From an archaeon (GTDB lineage: Archaea > Aenigmatarchaeota > Aenigmatarchaeia > CG10238-14 > SCSR01), in the NCBI GenBank assembly GCA_035289185.1, contig DATDXT010000033.1, positions 1-30,416 on the forward strand: a DNA stretch of 30,416 nucleotides. Reading direction: 5' to 3'. The notes under the pieces were generated by a model. The model saw nothing but the letters and a program-made list of their open reading frames with translations, did not search any database and was not told the origin of the DNA. Made by a program: the position numbers and the translations under genes. Positions 11,075 to 19,549 of the stretch are shown here, piece after piece; position 1 is the first letter of the stretch; each line of letters opens with the position of its first letter.

Positions 11075-11329
11075 TCACCCCTTAATGACGACTCTGTAAT
11101 AAATAATCTTGCCTATATGTTCCTCTTCTCTTGTTATTCTTACGACATCTCCGATCTTAGCACCTATAGTTTTTATTATAGGATCAGTCGAGAATATCCT
11201 AGGCAATTGTCTTACAGCAATCCCAAATTTGGCTAAAAGTTCTTCCTTTTCTCTCTCGCTAAGTATTTCGTGTTTCGGTACAAGTATGTGTTTCAATATG
11301 TCTATATTTTCCAGTATACCACCGATCAA
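11075..11329 (-). CDS. rpoH: DNA-directed RNA polymerase subunit H (Rpo5)
   Basis: 84 aa. HILVPKHEILSEREKEELL...GDVVRITR matches the RpoH family. It sits at the head of the rpo operon. Confidence 0.9.
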   Translation of the reverse strand: MIGGILENIDILKHILVPKHEILSEREKEELLAKFGIAVRQLPRIFSTDPIIKTIGAKIGDVVRITREEEHIGKIIYYRVVIKG

Positions 11330-11345
11330 GAGCGTTCAATGAAAA

Positions 11346-11358
11346 TGTTTATGTAAAA
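11346..11358 (-). promoter_or_regulatory. Candidate TATA box (minus-strand TTTTTACATAAAC) about 20-30 nt upstream of the rpoH ATG; possible leaderless operon promoter
   Basis: AT-rich TATA-like element in the 209-bp gap upstream of the rpoH-B-A-D operon. Confidence 0.3.
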
Positions 11359-11538
11359 ATTCATCAATGACTTAACCAAACTGTTCAAAAGTGCGTAGCT
11401 TTTTCTATCCATATATTAACCACCCGAAATTGTCACAGAGGCCAGTTGTATATCATTTATTTTAGTACACTAAGGTTTTTAAAGCTTTCGAAAACCGTAA
11501 TTTTGACCTGTATAATGTCCTGTTTATCGGAACAATGT

Positions 11539-12342
11539 TCAATGTCGCAAATCCAGGACACGTCTGCTCATGTAAAGTACAAAGATTGCAAGCAGAGGAA
11601 ATCCTAAAAACACCACGATGTTCAATGTAAGACCTGAGTATGTATTTGGAAAATCTGCTATATAGAAAAGAGTACCTAATGCAACAAAGTAAATCAATGT
11701 GCTGTAGATCAATTTGCTGAATTTTCTTATGTCTTTGAACTGGTAGTAGAGTATGCTGTATGCAACTGAAAGCAAAAGTATCATCTGGAACAGCATGTAT
11801 ATTCCAAAAGTGCTGTAAAAAGGTTCTGCCATGAAAATTAACTGCCATAATCCAAGATCTGTGCCTCCTCTTACGTCTTGGGTATATCCAGAAGTCACTG
11901 TGTAGCACCAAAAGAAGTCATGCAGGTTGTTTGCAGCGAATCCTATGAAAAAGAAAGCAGCAAAAGTAAGTAAGAAATTCCTCATTGGAAATCTTTTTAT
12001 TTTAAGCAGGAACAGTGACCAGAAGTCGGCGAATGCAAAAGGCAGTAACATGAACAAAGAACCTCCATAGAGCCAGAAACCAAAATTCCAAAGCTGTGGC
12101 AGTCCAAGTGCTTTGGCATGGAAGTTAGCTGCCACGAAAATTATAAAAATGAAAAGCGAAACAGAGAAACAGACTTTCAGATTATAGAAATTTTTAAGTT
12201 TCTTTCCAGAAAGGAACAATTTTGGTTTTTTCTGCACGAATCTTTTTAATTTTCCTGTCAGAAGAACATATGCAAACCCCGCGTAAAGAAGCGCGAAAAT
12301 TATTGCCACATGTAAAGTTTTTGCAAGTTCAGGAGTCATCAA
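11539..12342 (-). CDS. Polytopic membrane protein (about 7-8 predicted TM helices), function unknown
   Basis: Aromatic-rich hydrophobic segments throughout. Its start ATG overlaps the stop of the upstream nucleotidyltransferase gene (ATGA). Confidence 0.6.
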   Translation of the reverse strand: MMTPELAKTLHVAIIFALLYAGFAYVLLTGKLKRFVQKKPKLFLSGKKLKNFYNLKVCFSVSLFIFIIFVAANFHAKALGLPQLWNFGFWLYGGSLFMLLPFAFADFWSLFLLKIKRFPMRNFLLTFAAFFFIGFAANNLHDFFWCYTVTSGYTQDVRGGTDLGLWQLIFMAEPFYSTFGIYMLFQMILLLSVAYSILYYQFKDIRKFSKLIYSTLIYFVALGTLFYIADFPNTYSGLTLNIVVFLGFPLLAIFVLYMSRRVLDLRH

Positions 12343-13208
12343 GCATCATCCAATTCAGGCAGATCTTCTCCAAGCAATTCCTCTGGTAAAAGCTTCTTGA
12401 ACCTTTCTATCATGTCCTTTGTCAGAATCAATGCCTTTTCCAAATGATCTGTTGTTACGTCTTTCACAATCTTGTGGTCTATGTCTTTCCAAAGCTTGTC
12501 CAATTCGGCGAACTTGTCTATGAAGTCTCTTTCCAACTTACCTTCTTTTACCAACTTCTCTAAAAACTCAGGAGCTTTCTTGTAGTCAGGCTGCTCTTTG
12601 AAATGGTGCATCACGACAGCTTGCACTATGTCCAACATCGTGTATCTCAATTCAAAAATCATCGATTTGATATCCAATCTTATTCTCTTTAATCTTATTT
12701 CAGCCGACTTGGCTTTCAATGTTATCGTCTCATCACTCGGAGGAATCAACCCCATTTGAAGCATCTTCTGCACAGGTTTTATGAAACCATTGTCGAAAAT
12801 AGGCAGACCGTATCTCAAAAAGTTTACAAACTCAGGCGATCCTACTCTTATCGATTGCCAGAATGCAGTCAGAGTATGAACTTGCACGTGGAGGTCTTTT
12901 ATCTGTGATGCTATGTGATGAAGGTTGGCCTGCACTCTGTTCAAATCCTCGCTTGATTTTGTTGCAGTATCATCCAAAAGAACCCAAACATCCACATCGC
13001 TTGTCTTCTTTGCATCTCCTCTTACTACAGAACCGAAAATCAGAACTGATTTTATAATGTCACCATACATCTTCCTGGCTTCGGTAGCAAACTTCACTGC
13101 CCTGGAATAGATTTCCCTAGAAGTTTCATCCTTAAACACATCCTTATGCTGATCAATCTTCACAAGCTTCGTATCTTCAAGCTCTCTTTCCAGTTTGTCC
13201 AATGCCAT
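12339..13208 (-). CDS. Pol-beta superfamily nucleotidyltransferase (minimal NTase N-domain plus helical C-domain, KNTase/OAS-like architecture)
   Basis: The GSVVRGDAKKTSDVDVWV motif matches GS...[DE]x[DE]. It is followed by a helical domain of about 170 aa. Confidence 0.7.
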   Translation of the reverse strand: MALDKLERELEDTKLVKIDQHKDVFKDETSREIYSRAVKFATEARKMYGDIIKSVLIFGSVVRGDAKKTSDVDVWVLLDDTATKSSEDLNRVQANLHHIASQIKDLHVQVHTLTAFWQSIRVGSPEFVNFLRYGLPIFDNGFIKPVQKMLQMGLIPPSDETITLKAKSAEIRLKRIRLDIKSMIFELRYTMLDIVQAVVMHHFKEQPDYKKAPEFLEKLVKEGKLERDFIDKFAELDKLWKDIDHKIVKDVTTDHLEKALILTKDMIERFKKLLPEELLGEDLPELDDA

Positions 13209-13239
13209 AATAATTCATTGAAGATGTAGTTTTATAAAT

Positions 13240-13911
13240 CTATTTCATCTGCATTACAACGAATAAATGATGTTTCTCATAAGGATCCAATTTGACTTGA
13301 TCCAAGATCTTGAAATGCTTTTTAAACTGTTCCAATGATTCTTCATAGATTTTTTCCGGTCTTTTTGTCACGTCTATTGACTGGCTTTTGATTGCTATCA
13401 TCGCGAACCCGCCAGGTTTTAGGAATTTCTCACAGTTTCTTATCAATATCGGTATCTGGTCATCGCTTGCAACATCCTCGTAAACCAAATCCATCTTTTC
13501 CATTACCATCTTCTCATACATCTCTGGCATCCTGCCATCTCCTAGTATAGGAATCATGTTGCCTCTTTTCTCGCATATCCTTATGGATTCTCTAAGGCTC
13601 CTCTCGGAAATCTCCACTCCATAAATTATACCATTCTTTCCTACGATGTCGCTGAAGAACGATGCAGTCTTCCCTTCAGCCAGTCCAAGATACAAAACTT
13701 TCATGTCTTTCTTCAATGGAAAAGTCTTTAATTTCTGTCTCATTGCAGCGCTAGGTTTTGACGTGTAAGAATCCCATGTCCTGTATTCTATTCCATCAAC
13801 TGTGACCAGTTCTTCGTTTGAGCTTTTGAACCCTGGAACAAGATTTATGGTAGCAAATCTTCCGTCAACATTAAAAATACCTTCAAACTTTGTTTTTTCT
13901 ACTCTCATCAC
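13240..13911 (-). CDS. flpA: Fibrillarin-like rRNA/tRNA 2'-O-methyltransferase
   Basis: SAM-MTase core (VLYLGLAEGKTASFFSDIVG...GIIYGVEISERS...) typical of archaeal fibrillarin. It sits directly downstream of nop5. Confidence 0.9.
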   Translation of the reverse strand: MMRVEKTKFEGIFNVDGRFATINLVPGFKSSNEELVTVDGIEYRTWDSYTSKPSAAMRQKLKTFPLKKDMKVLYLGLAEGKTASFFSDIVGKNGIIYGVEISERSLRESIRICEKRGNMIPILGDGRMPEMYEKMVMEKMDLVYEDVASDDQIPILIRNCEKFLKPGGFAMIAIKSQSIDVTKRPEKIYEESLEQFKKHFKILDQVKLDPYEKHHLFVVMQMK

Positions 13912-14992
13912 TATCTTTGCTCTCTAACACTTCTTTGACTTTTGCATCAAGTTCTTTTTTCATCTCTTTCGACCTGTCATCTTTTGAGAAAAAGTCTATC
14001 TTAGCAGCCATCGATATCTTCGATGCAAGAACCCTTGCTAACTTCCCTCTTTTCTCGTCAGGCGAGCCTTGTATCAGAGGATGGAAGAATATTATTCCGT
14101 ATTTTGGTGATCTATTATTGCCCCTTGAATGTAAAAATCTGAACAGAGCCTTTTCGCTTCCTAACAGTTGTATCGTGTTGGACGTCATCTTTGCAAGCCT
14201 GTCTATGCCGCCTGCCTTTGAAATAAGTTTTGATGCTATGCTTGTGCCTGCTATCTCTGAAAGGTTTGGAGCCATCTCCTTCAATACACTCTCCAGATAT
14301 TTTGAAAGCCTTTCCCTAATCTCATTCAGGCTTCTTATCTGAGCAGCAAATGCCTGTATCTCTGCAACATCCAAATGAGACAGTTCAATCCCTATGCTTT
14401 TTTCTGCAAGCTTCTTCAGATGCTCCTCGTCTATCTTGTCTCTGCTTCCGAACTTTTCCACCAGCTTGACGAACCTTTCGTGGCTTTCCACATTTCTGTT
14501 TATCTCAGGGAAATGCAATCCGTACCATTCTCTCAACCTTTCCACAAAAATGTTAACAGACTTGTCTATCTCTTCCATGGCCCTGTTGACCTGCATGATT
14601 ATGACATCTCTCTTGACAGATTTTTTTATGTCGCTCTTTGTCATTTCTATGTTTGTCTTTGTAAGCAATTGATTAAATTCCAACCTGTCTTTCACGAAAT
14701 GGTGCTTCAAAGACAGCTCGAAAAGGTGTTCTTTCACGTAAGCTTCAGCAGAATTGTTTTCCTCGAATTCCTGCACTCCTGGTTTCCTCTTGCTGAAGAC
14801 TATATGCTTGTATCCTCTCTTTTCCAATTCTTCGTACAGTTCCTTTTCCTCTTTCAAAAGCCTGTTATCTGCTTCTGTGAACCTGCTTATCATTACTTGC
14901 ATGTCTTTAGGGAAAGGCCTGAAGCTAACGACCTTGTTTCCATCATCCACGGCAAAAGTCCCGATTAAGCTGTTCACTATGTAGACTTTCAT
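13883..14992 (-). CDS. nop5: C/D box snoRNP protein Nop5 (Nop56/58)
   Basis: NOP domain (GSEKALFRFLHSRGNNRSPKYGIIFFHPLIQ), a coiled-coil region and a KKE-like charged tail. Classic nop5-fibrillarin operon. Confidence 0.9.
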   Translation of the reverse strand: MKVYIVNSLIGTFAVDDGNKVVSFRPFPKDMQVMISRFTEADNRLLKEEKELYEELEKRGYKHIVFSKRKPGVQEFEENNSAEAYVKEHLFELSLKHHFVKDRLEFNQLLTKTNIEMTKSDIKKSVKRDVIIMQVNRAMEEIDKSVNIFVERLREWYGLHFPEINRNVESHERFVKLVEKFGSRDKIDEEHLKKLAEKSIGIELSHLDVAEIQAFAAQIRSLNEIRERLSKYLESVLKEMAPNLSEIAGTSIASKLISKAGGIDRLAKMTSNTIQLLGSEKALFRFLHSRGNNRSPKYGIIFFHPLIQGSPDEKRGKLARVLASKISMAAKIDFFSKDDRSKEMKKELDAKVKEVLESKDSDESRKNKV

Positions 14993-15028
14993 AGATTTTT
15001 ATTTGTTCCCCATAAGTTATTATACATT

Positions 15029-15898
15029 ATGGAATGGTACATTTTCGCCCTATTGTCGGCAGTTTTCAGTAGTTTCCTGCCTATAATCAACAAAAAGGTC
15101 TTGAAGAAAGTAAGCCTCATGGACTTCTCTGCCGTCTATTCCATATTGACTTTCCTCTTCAGCCTTAGTTTTCTATCGCTGGTCAAGATAACTTTCGATT
15201 TGAAGGTAATTTTTCTTATATTTTTGGGTTCAGTCTTCAGTACTCTTGGGTTTTATGCGATTAACAAAGCAATCAAACGAAGTGCTGTCTCTCTTGTATC
15301 TCCTTTGAGGAGTTTCAACCCAGTCGTATTGCTCATAATGTCCATGTTCTTGCTCGGAGACAAGATTAATGCTTCAAACATAGTGGGGATAGCTTTCATA
15401 GTGCTCGGTGCGTATGTGATAGAAGCAAGGGACATGCTGCACAAGCCGCTGGAACCATTAAAAAGGATGCTCAAGTCTAGCCTGCTATTTCTAATAATGT
15501 CTTCTGCCATCTTCTACGCAGTCTCTTCAATCATAGACAAGGTGGTGCTTTCATTCTATGACATATTCGGATTCTTCGTCTTGATACATCTTTTCATAGC
15601 CCTTAACTTTTTCGTTATAAATATCTTGGAGACCAGAAGACTTCCATGGAACGGCCATATAAAATCTTCCTTTTCTTTGATAATCTTGGCATCTGTAGTT
15701 ACCATATTTTCCAGAATATTTCTTTTGCAGTCAATATCTTTGGGCATAGTGTCTCTTGTAATTGCTATAAAGCATACAGACACACTGATTGCGACTACGA
15801 TAGGCGGCGAGATCTTCCACGAGAAGCATCTGAAGAAGAAGATAGCGGCCGCTTTTATAATGTTGGTGGGAGTGATGTTCGTTATTTTAAAACCTTAA
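15029..15898 (+). CDS. DMT/EamA-family transporter (10 TM)
   Basis: Two repeated 5-TM halves with EamA-like composition. Confidence 0.65.
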   Translation: MEWYIFALLSAVFSSFLPIINKKVLKKVSLMDFSAVYSILTFLFSLSFLSLVKITFDLKVIFLIFLGSVFSTLGFYAINKAIKRSAVSLVSPLRSFNPVVLLIMSMFLLGDKINASNIVGIAFIVLGAYVIEARDMLHKPLEPLKRMLKSSLLFLIMSSAIFYAVSSIIDKVVLSFYDIFGFFVLIHLFIALNFFVINILETRRLPWNGHIKSSFSLIILASVVTIFSRIFLLQSISLGIVSLVIAIKHTDTLIATTIGGEIFHEKHLKKKIAAAFIMLVGVMFVILKP

Positions 15899-15957
15899 TC
15901 AAACATTAATACAATCAAGTAAATGTTTATTTACTAAAAATCATCTAGGCGATAAAT

Positions 15958-16356
15958 ATGGCAGACAAGCAGCAGGAAATGGAAGAAATCATGAACAACT
16001 ACAAGATGCTAGAGACTAGGTTGGATACTTTGGCAAAGCAGAGAGAAGTTGTAGCTACAAATATTGCAGAGATTAGGGCTACTATAGACAGCATAACCGA
16101 GATAGAGAACAGCAATGAGATGCTTTTCGCCATAGGAAGAGGAGCTTTTGTAAAAGGAAGAACATTGGACAAGAAGAATGTTTTGGTGAATATTGGAGCT
16201 GAAGTATTCATCGAGAAGAGCGCCGAAGACGGTAAAAAGTCCATGGAAGCAAGGCAGCAGGAATTCGAGAAAGTATTTGGACAAATAGAAAAAGAGATGA
16301 TTAACATATCTTCCTTGTTGGAACAGCTTAATTTAAAAATGCAAACCCTTCTTTAA
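15958..16356 (+). CDS. pfdA: Prefoldin alpha subunit
   Basis: 132 aa. Two coiled coils flank two beta-hairpins (LFAIGRGAFVKGRT / VLVNIGAEVFIEKS). The pfdA-ftsY adjacency is conserved in archaea. Confidence 0.8.
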   Translation: MADKQQEMEEIMNNYKMLETRLDTLAKQREVVATNIAEIRATIDSITEIENSNEMLFAIGRGAFVKGRTLDKKNVLVNIGAEVFIEKSAEDGKKSMEARQQEFEKVFGQIEKEMINISSLLEQLNLKMQTLL

Positions 16357-16367
16357 GATGATGGAAT

Positions 16368-17636
16368 ATGTTTGATTCGCTGAAGAAGAAATTATCCAAG
16401 CTAGTAGACGTATTCTCAAAGAAAATAGAGAAAAAAGAGGAGAAGAAGGAAGAGCAGGTTCAAAAAGTAGAAGAAGTAGTCAAAAAAATAGAGCCGCAGA
16501 TTTTAGAGGGAAATCCAGAGCAGATCATAGAAGAGATAAAAGAAAAAGTAGAAGCCAAAGTACCTGAGATCAAGGAAAAGGTCGAGGAAGTTATAAAAGA
16601 AATAACTCCTGTCGCCCCGCCGGTTGAAGAGGAGGAGAAGGAAATCCTTGAAAAGATAGACGCCAAGCATGAGCCTGAGATAGAGAAAATAATCGAAGAG
16701 CCAAAACCTGAAATAAAGATAGAGACCAAGAAGGAGAAAAAATCCTGGATAAAGAAGATTTCTGAGAAGATAGTAAAGACGATAACTGAGAAGAATCTGG
16801 ATGAGAAAGATGTAGAGCCGTTCTTGGACGATCTGGAGAGAGAATTGCTCGAATCGGATGTTGCTTTGGAAGTGGTGGAAAAAATAAAGAAGGATTTAAA
16901 AATTTTCCTGACAGAAAGGACCATACAGAGAGGCCATGAGAAAGAATACATACTTGATTCTATAAGGAAGAGCCTCGAAGGAATTTTGTCGCTTTCTGAA
17001 ATTGATTTGAAGGCCATGGGTAAGACAAAGAAACCGTTTGTGATTTTATTCCTGGGCTTCAACGGCAATGGAAAGACTACTACTATAGCAAAAGTGGCGA
17101 AATGGATGTTGGACAACAAATTTTCCTGTGTGATTTCTGCTTCCGATTGCTTTAGGGCAGCTGCGATAGACCAGATAGAAGAACATTCTAACAAACTTGG
17201 TGTCAGATTGATAAAGCATACGTATGGTGCAGACCCGGCAGCTGTAGCTTTCGATGCTATATCTCATGCAAAAGCAAACGGTATAGATTTTGTTCTAATT
17301 GATACCGCAGGCAGGACACAGAACAACGTAAATCTGATGAGGGAGATGGAAAAGATAGTCCGTGTAAGCAAGCCCGACTTGAAAGTGCTGGTGATAGATT
17401 CATTGATAGGTAATGATGCTGTCGCCCAGGCAAAGACGTTCAACGAGATGATAGGCATAGACAGCGTGATCTTCACAAAGACAGACATAAACCCGAAAGG
17501 TGGGTCGATTTTGTCCATTTCCTACATGATAAAAAAGCCTATATTATTTGTGACGGTAGGACAGGAGCATGAAGACATAAGGTCTTTCAGCAAAAAGTGG
17601 TTTATAGACCAACTGTTGGGCAATAAAAACAGTTGA
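16368..17636 (+). CDS. ftsY: Signal recognition particle receptor FtsY
   Basis: K/E-rich acidic A-domain followed by an NG domain (GFNGNGKTTTIAK, DTAGR, TKTD). Confidence 0.9.
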   Translation: MFDSLKKKLSKLVDVFSKKIEKKEEKKEEQVQKVEEVVKKIEPQILEGNPEQIIEEIKEKVEAKVPEIKEKVEEVIKEITPVAPPVEEEEKEILEKIDAKHEPEIEKIIEEPKPEIKIETKKEKKSWIKKISEKIVKTITEKNLDEKDVEPFLDDLERELLESDVALEVVEKIKKDLKIFLTERTIQRGHEKEYILDSIRKSLEGILSLSEIDLKAMGKTKKPFVILFLGFNGNGKTTTIAKVAKWMLDNKFSCVISASDCFRAAAIDQIEEHSNKLGVRLIKHTYGADPAAVAFDAISHAKANGIDFVLIDTAGRTQNNVNLMREMEKIVRVSKPDLKVLVIDSLIGNDAVAQAKTFNEMIGIDSVIFTKTDINPKGGSILSISYMIKKPILFVTVGQEHEDIRSFSKKWFIDQLLGNKNS

Positions 17637-17664
17637 AGATTTATTGTTGCGAGGGTAAATTTAA

Positions 17665-18969
17665 TTGGAGATATGTATAGTCAATTACGTGGATAAATCT
17701 ACATTGGAAACACTTGAGACAAAACTTCTTCTAGACAACGAAACCCGTGATGTATATGCCGCTCATAAAAGTGCGATAGAACTTTACATAGAAAACGAGA
17801 ATGACTACAGCCTTAAAGATCGTGTAAAGACACTGAAAGAAATAAAACTTCCAAACGACAAGCTTGACAGGATATATGAGAAGTACGGTCATACAGAGGA
17901 ATCTGCAGATATAGACGGATTAATAAGATACACCATAGGCGATGTGTTCGATGAACTTATCCAGGATGCCAAGAAAGCGGCTTTTGAGGAAGTCGACAAA
18001 AAGATAGTTGATGAACTATTATCCGACATAAAGGAAAAAGCAAGCTGCAGAAGAAGCATGTCCATCAGGGAAATTTTCTACGGTTTTAGGCACAACTTTT
18101 ACAAGGCTGGATATCTGAAAGATGTATACGATGGCATGCTATGCAAGGTAAATTACAATCTGTTGGGCAAGCATGAATACAGGGACATGAGAGTTTTGAT
18201 CAGGAGAAAGACTCCTATGTCCAAAAAAGTAGATGTGATTGCAATGTATGATGTCAAAAGAGATGCTGGAGATATAGTTCAGGGAATGACTTTCCTTGAA
18301 GACGTCTATGAAAATGAGATAAAAAAAGTAGTCCCAAACCCATCCAAACATTACGGAAAACCAAGATGGCTTACTAAAGGAGACATTACATTCTTTGCAA
18401 CTGTGGCTGCTTCTTATGCTATAACATCTGTCTTTCCTGGTATAGAAGGGATGCTTCATGATGGAGGGCCAATAAGGTTCCTGGGATATACATTAAATGC
18501 TGTTGGAATAGCTCCTGTCGCATTGGAAAAAGTAGGTGCAATCTATGTCTTGAAGAAAATAATCGGCAGACGTACAAGAGGATACATGAATAAGAGAACT
18601 CTTAATACAATAGCCAGAGGTTATGATATAGACAATTTTGGCCTTCTGGCAAACAAAGTTACGAAACAGCAATCCATAAGAGCACATCTTTGTTATGCGA
18701 CTATATGGCTATACCACGATGTTGATAAAAATACACTGTATGAAAGATTGAAAAGATATAACATTGAGAAAGACGAGATAGACGATTTTTTGGACATATT
18801 CGAAAATCATATTAGGATAGTGGAGATCGAGAATGACAAGTATACTCCAAACAAGATGTTGATAGACATACCTATATCCAAGATCTCAAAAATTGGCGTG
18901 AGCGAAAAAGTTAAAGTAATCAGCAATAGAGTAGACAGTCTTGAAAACGATTATCCTTTAAGTATTTAA
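17665..18969 (+). CDS. Hypothetical protein, 434 aa, with two central hydrophobic segments
   Basis: Long ORF with a GGAG Shine-Dalgarno-like motif at its start and no recognisable motifs. It lies between ftsY and srp54. Confidence 0.5.
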   Translation: MEICIVNYVDKSTLETLETKLLLDNETRDVYAAHKSAIELYIENENDYSLKDRVKTLKEIKLPNDKLDRIYEKYGHTEESADIDGLIRYTIGDVFDELIQDAKKAAFEEVDKKIVDELLSDIKEKASCRRSMSIREIFYGFRHNFYKAGYLKDVYDGMLCKVNYNLLGKHEYRDMRVLIRRKTPMSKKVDVIAMYDVKRDAGDIVQGMTFLEDVYENEIKKVVPNPSKHYGKPRWLTKGDITFFATVAASYAITSVFPGIEGMLHDGGPIRFLGYTLNAVGIAPVALEKVGAIYVLKKIIGRRTRGYMNKRTLNTIARGYDIDNFGLLANKVTKQQSIRAHLCYATIWLYHDVDKNTLYERLKRYNIEKDEIDDFLDIFENHIRIVEIENDKYTPNKMLIDIPISKISKIGVSEKVKVISNRVDSLENDYPLSI

Positions 18970-19391
18970 GCCGAAACTGGTTGTTTGTAGTAGTAAACAT
19001 TAGGAGGAGATCCTTCTGCCACCCCTGCGTTTTTAAAAGCGTTCCTGCCTTCATTCATCTTTAGCATGTATTTGTCAACCAAAAAGCGAAAATGATATCC
19101 GTCCTTGTTATATTCGACCCAAGCATCACCCTTGTTTGGTCCTCTGACTTTCATCACATATGGTCTTTTGCCATCGTGGTGCAATTTTATGTATATGCCA
19201 TTTTGATAAAGCTTTGCTGCTTCGTCTCTGTAATGCTCAAAATTTATACCTTCAAATTCTTTGATCATCTCTGGTGTGAACTCTGTATATAGTTCAGTGG
19301 TTAATTCTTTCATTGCAAACATCCGTAGACGGTACCTCAAAGTAGTCCGTTTGTCACTTAGGATACCTATAATATAATTGGTTTTCCCCAT
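18966..19391 (-). CDS. Hypothetical protein, 141 aa
   Basis: ORF convergent with the upstream gene with a 4-nt overlap. No recognisable domain. Confidence 0.45.
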   Translation of the reverse strand: MGKTNYIIGILSDKRTTLRYRLRMFAMKELTTELYTEFTPEMIKEFEGINFEHYRDEAAKLYQNGIYIKLHHDGKRPYVMKVRGPNKGDAWVEYNKDGYHFRFLVDKYMLKMNEGRNAFKNAGVAEGSPPNVYYYKQPVSA

Positions 19392-19549
19392 ATTTAAACA
19401 TAACTATTGCAATATCTATGTTCTCCCTAATCCTAATCATTGTAATCTTCCGACATATTTCCTAATTGTTCGACACTTCATACAATTATAGGAAAGTTCA
19501 TAGAAAAATGTTGTGTTTTTATTTGTTTGCAGACCAACAGATATTAGTT

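Noticed and set aside
16368-16760. K/E-rich repetitive DNA that could be mistaken for a tandem-repeat or mobile element
   Set aside because: It is the normal low-complexity acidic A-domain of FtsY. The Nop5 C-terminal KKE tail is the same kind of feature.
16460-17194. 244-aa minus-strand ORF
   Set aside because: It is antisense to the ftsY A-domain. It is a Ser/Phe/Ile-rich artefact of the K/E-rich repeat region.
18966-19391. Possible GIY-YIG nuclease motif (GIY...YVM) in the 141-aa ORF
   Set aside because: The spacing and the second motif do not fit GIY-YIG, and the motif is not N-terminal. The similarity is most likely chance.
19466-19549. 5' extension of the srp54 ORF (MFDTSYNYRKVHRK...)
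   Set aside because: The canonical SRP54 N-terminus MVLEDLGG begins at 19550. The extension is unconserved AT-rich promoter sequence.
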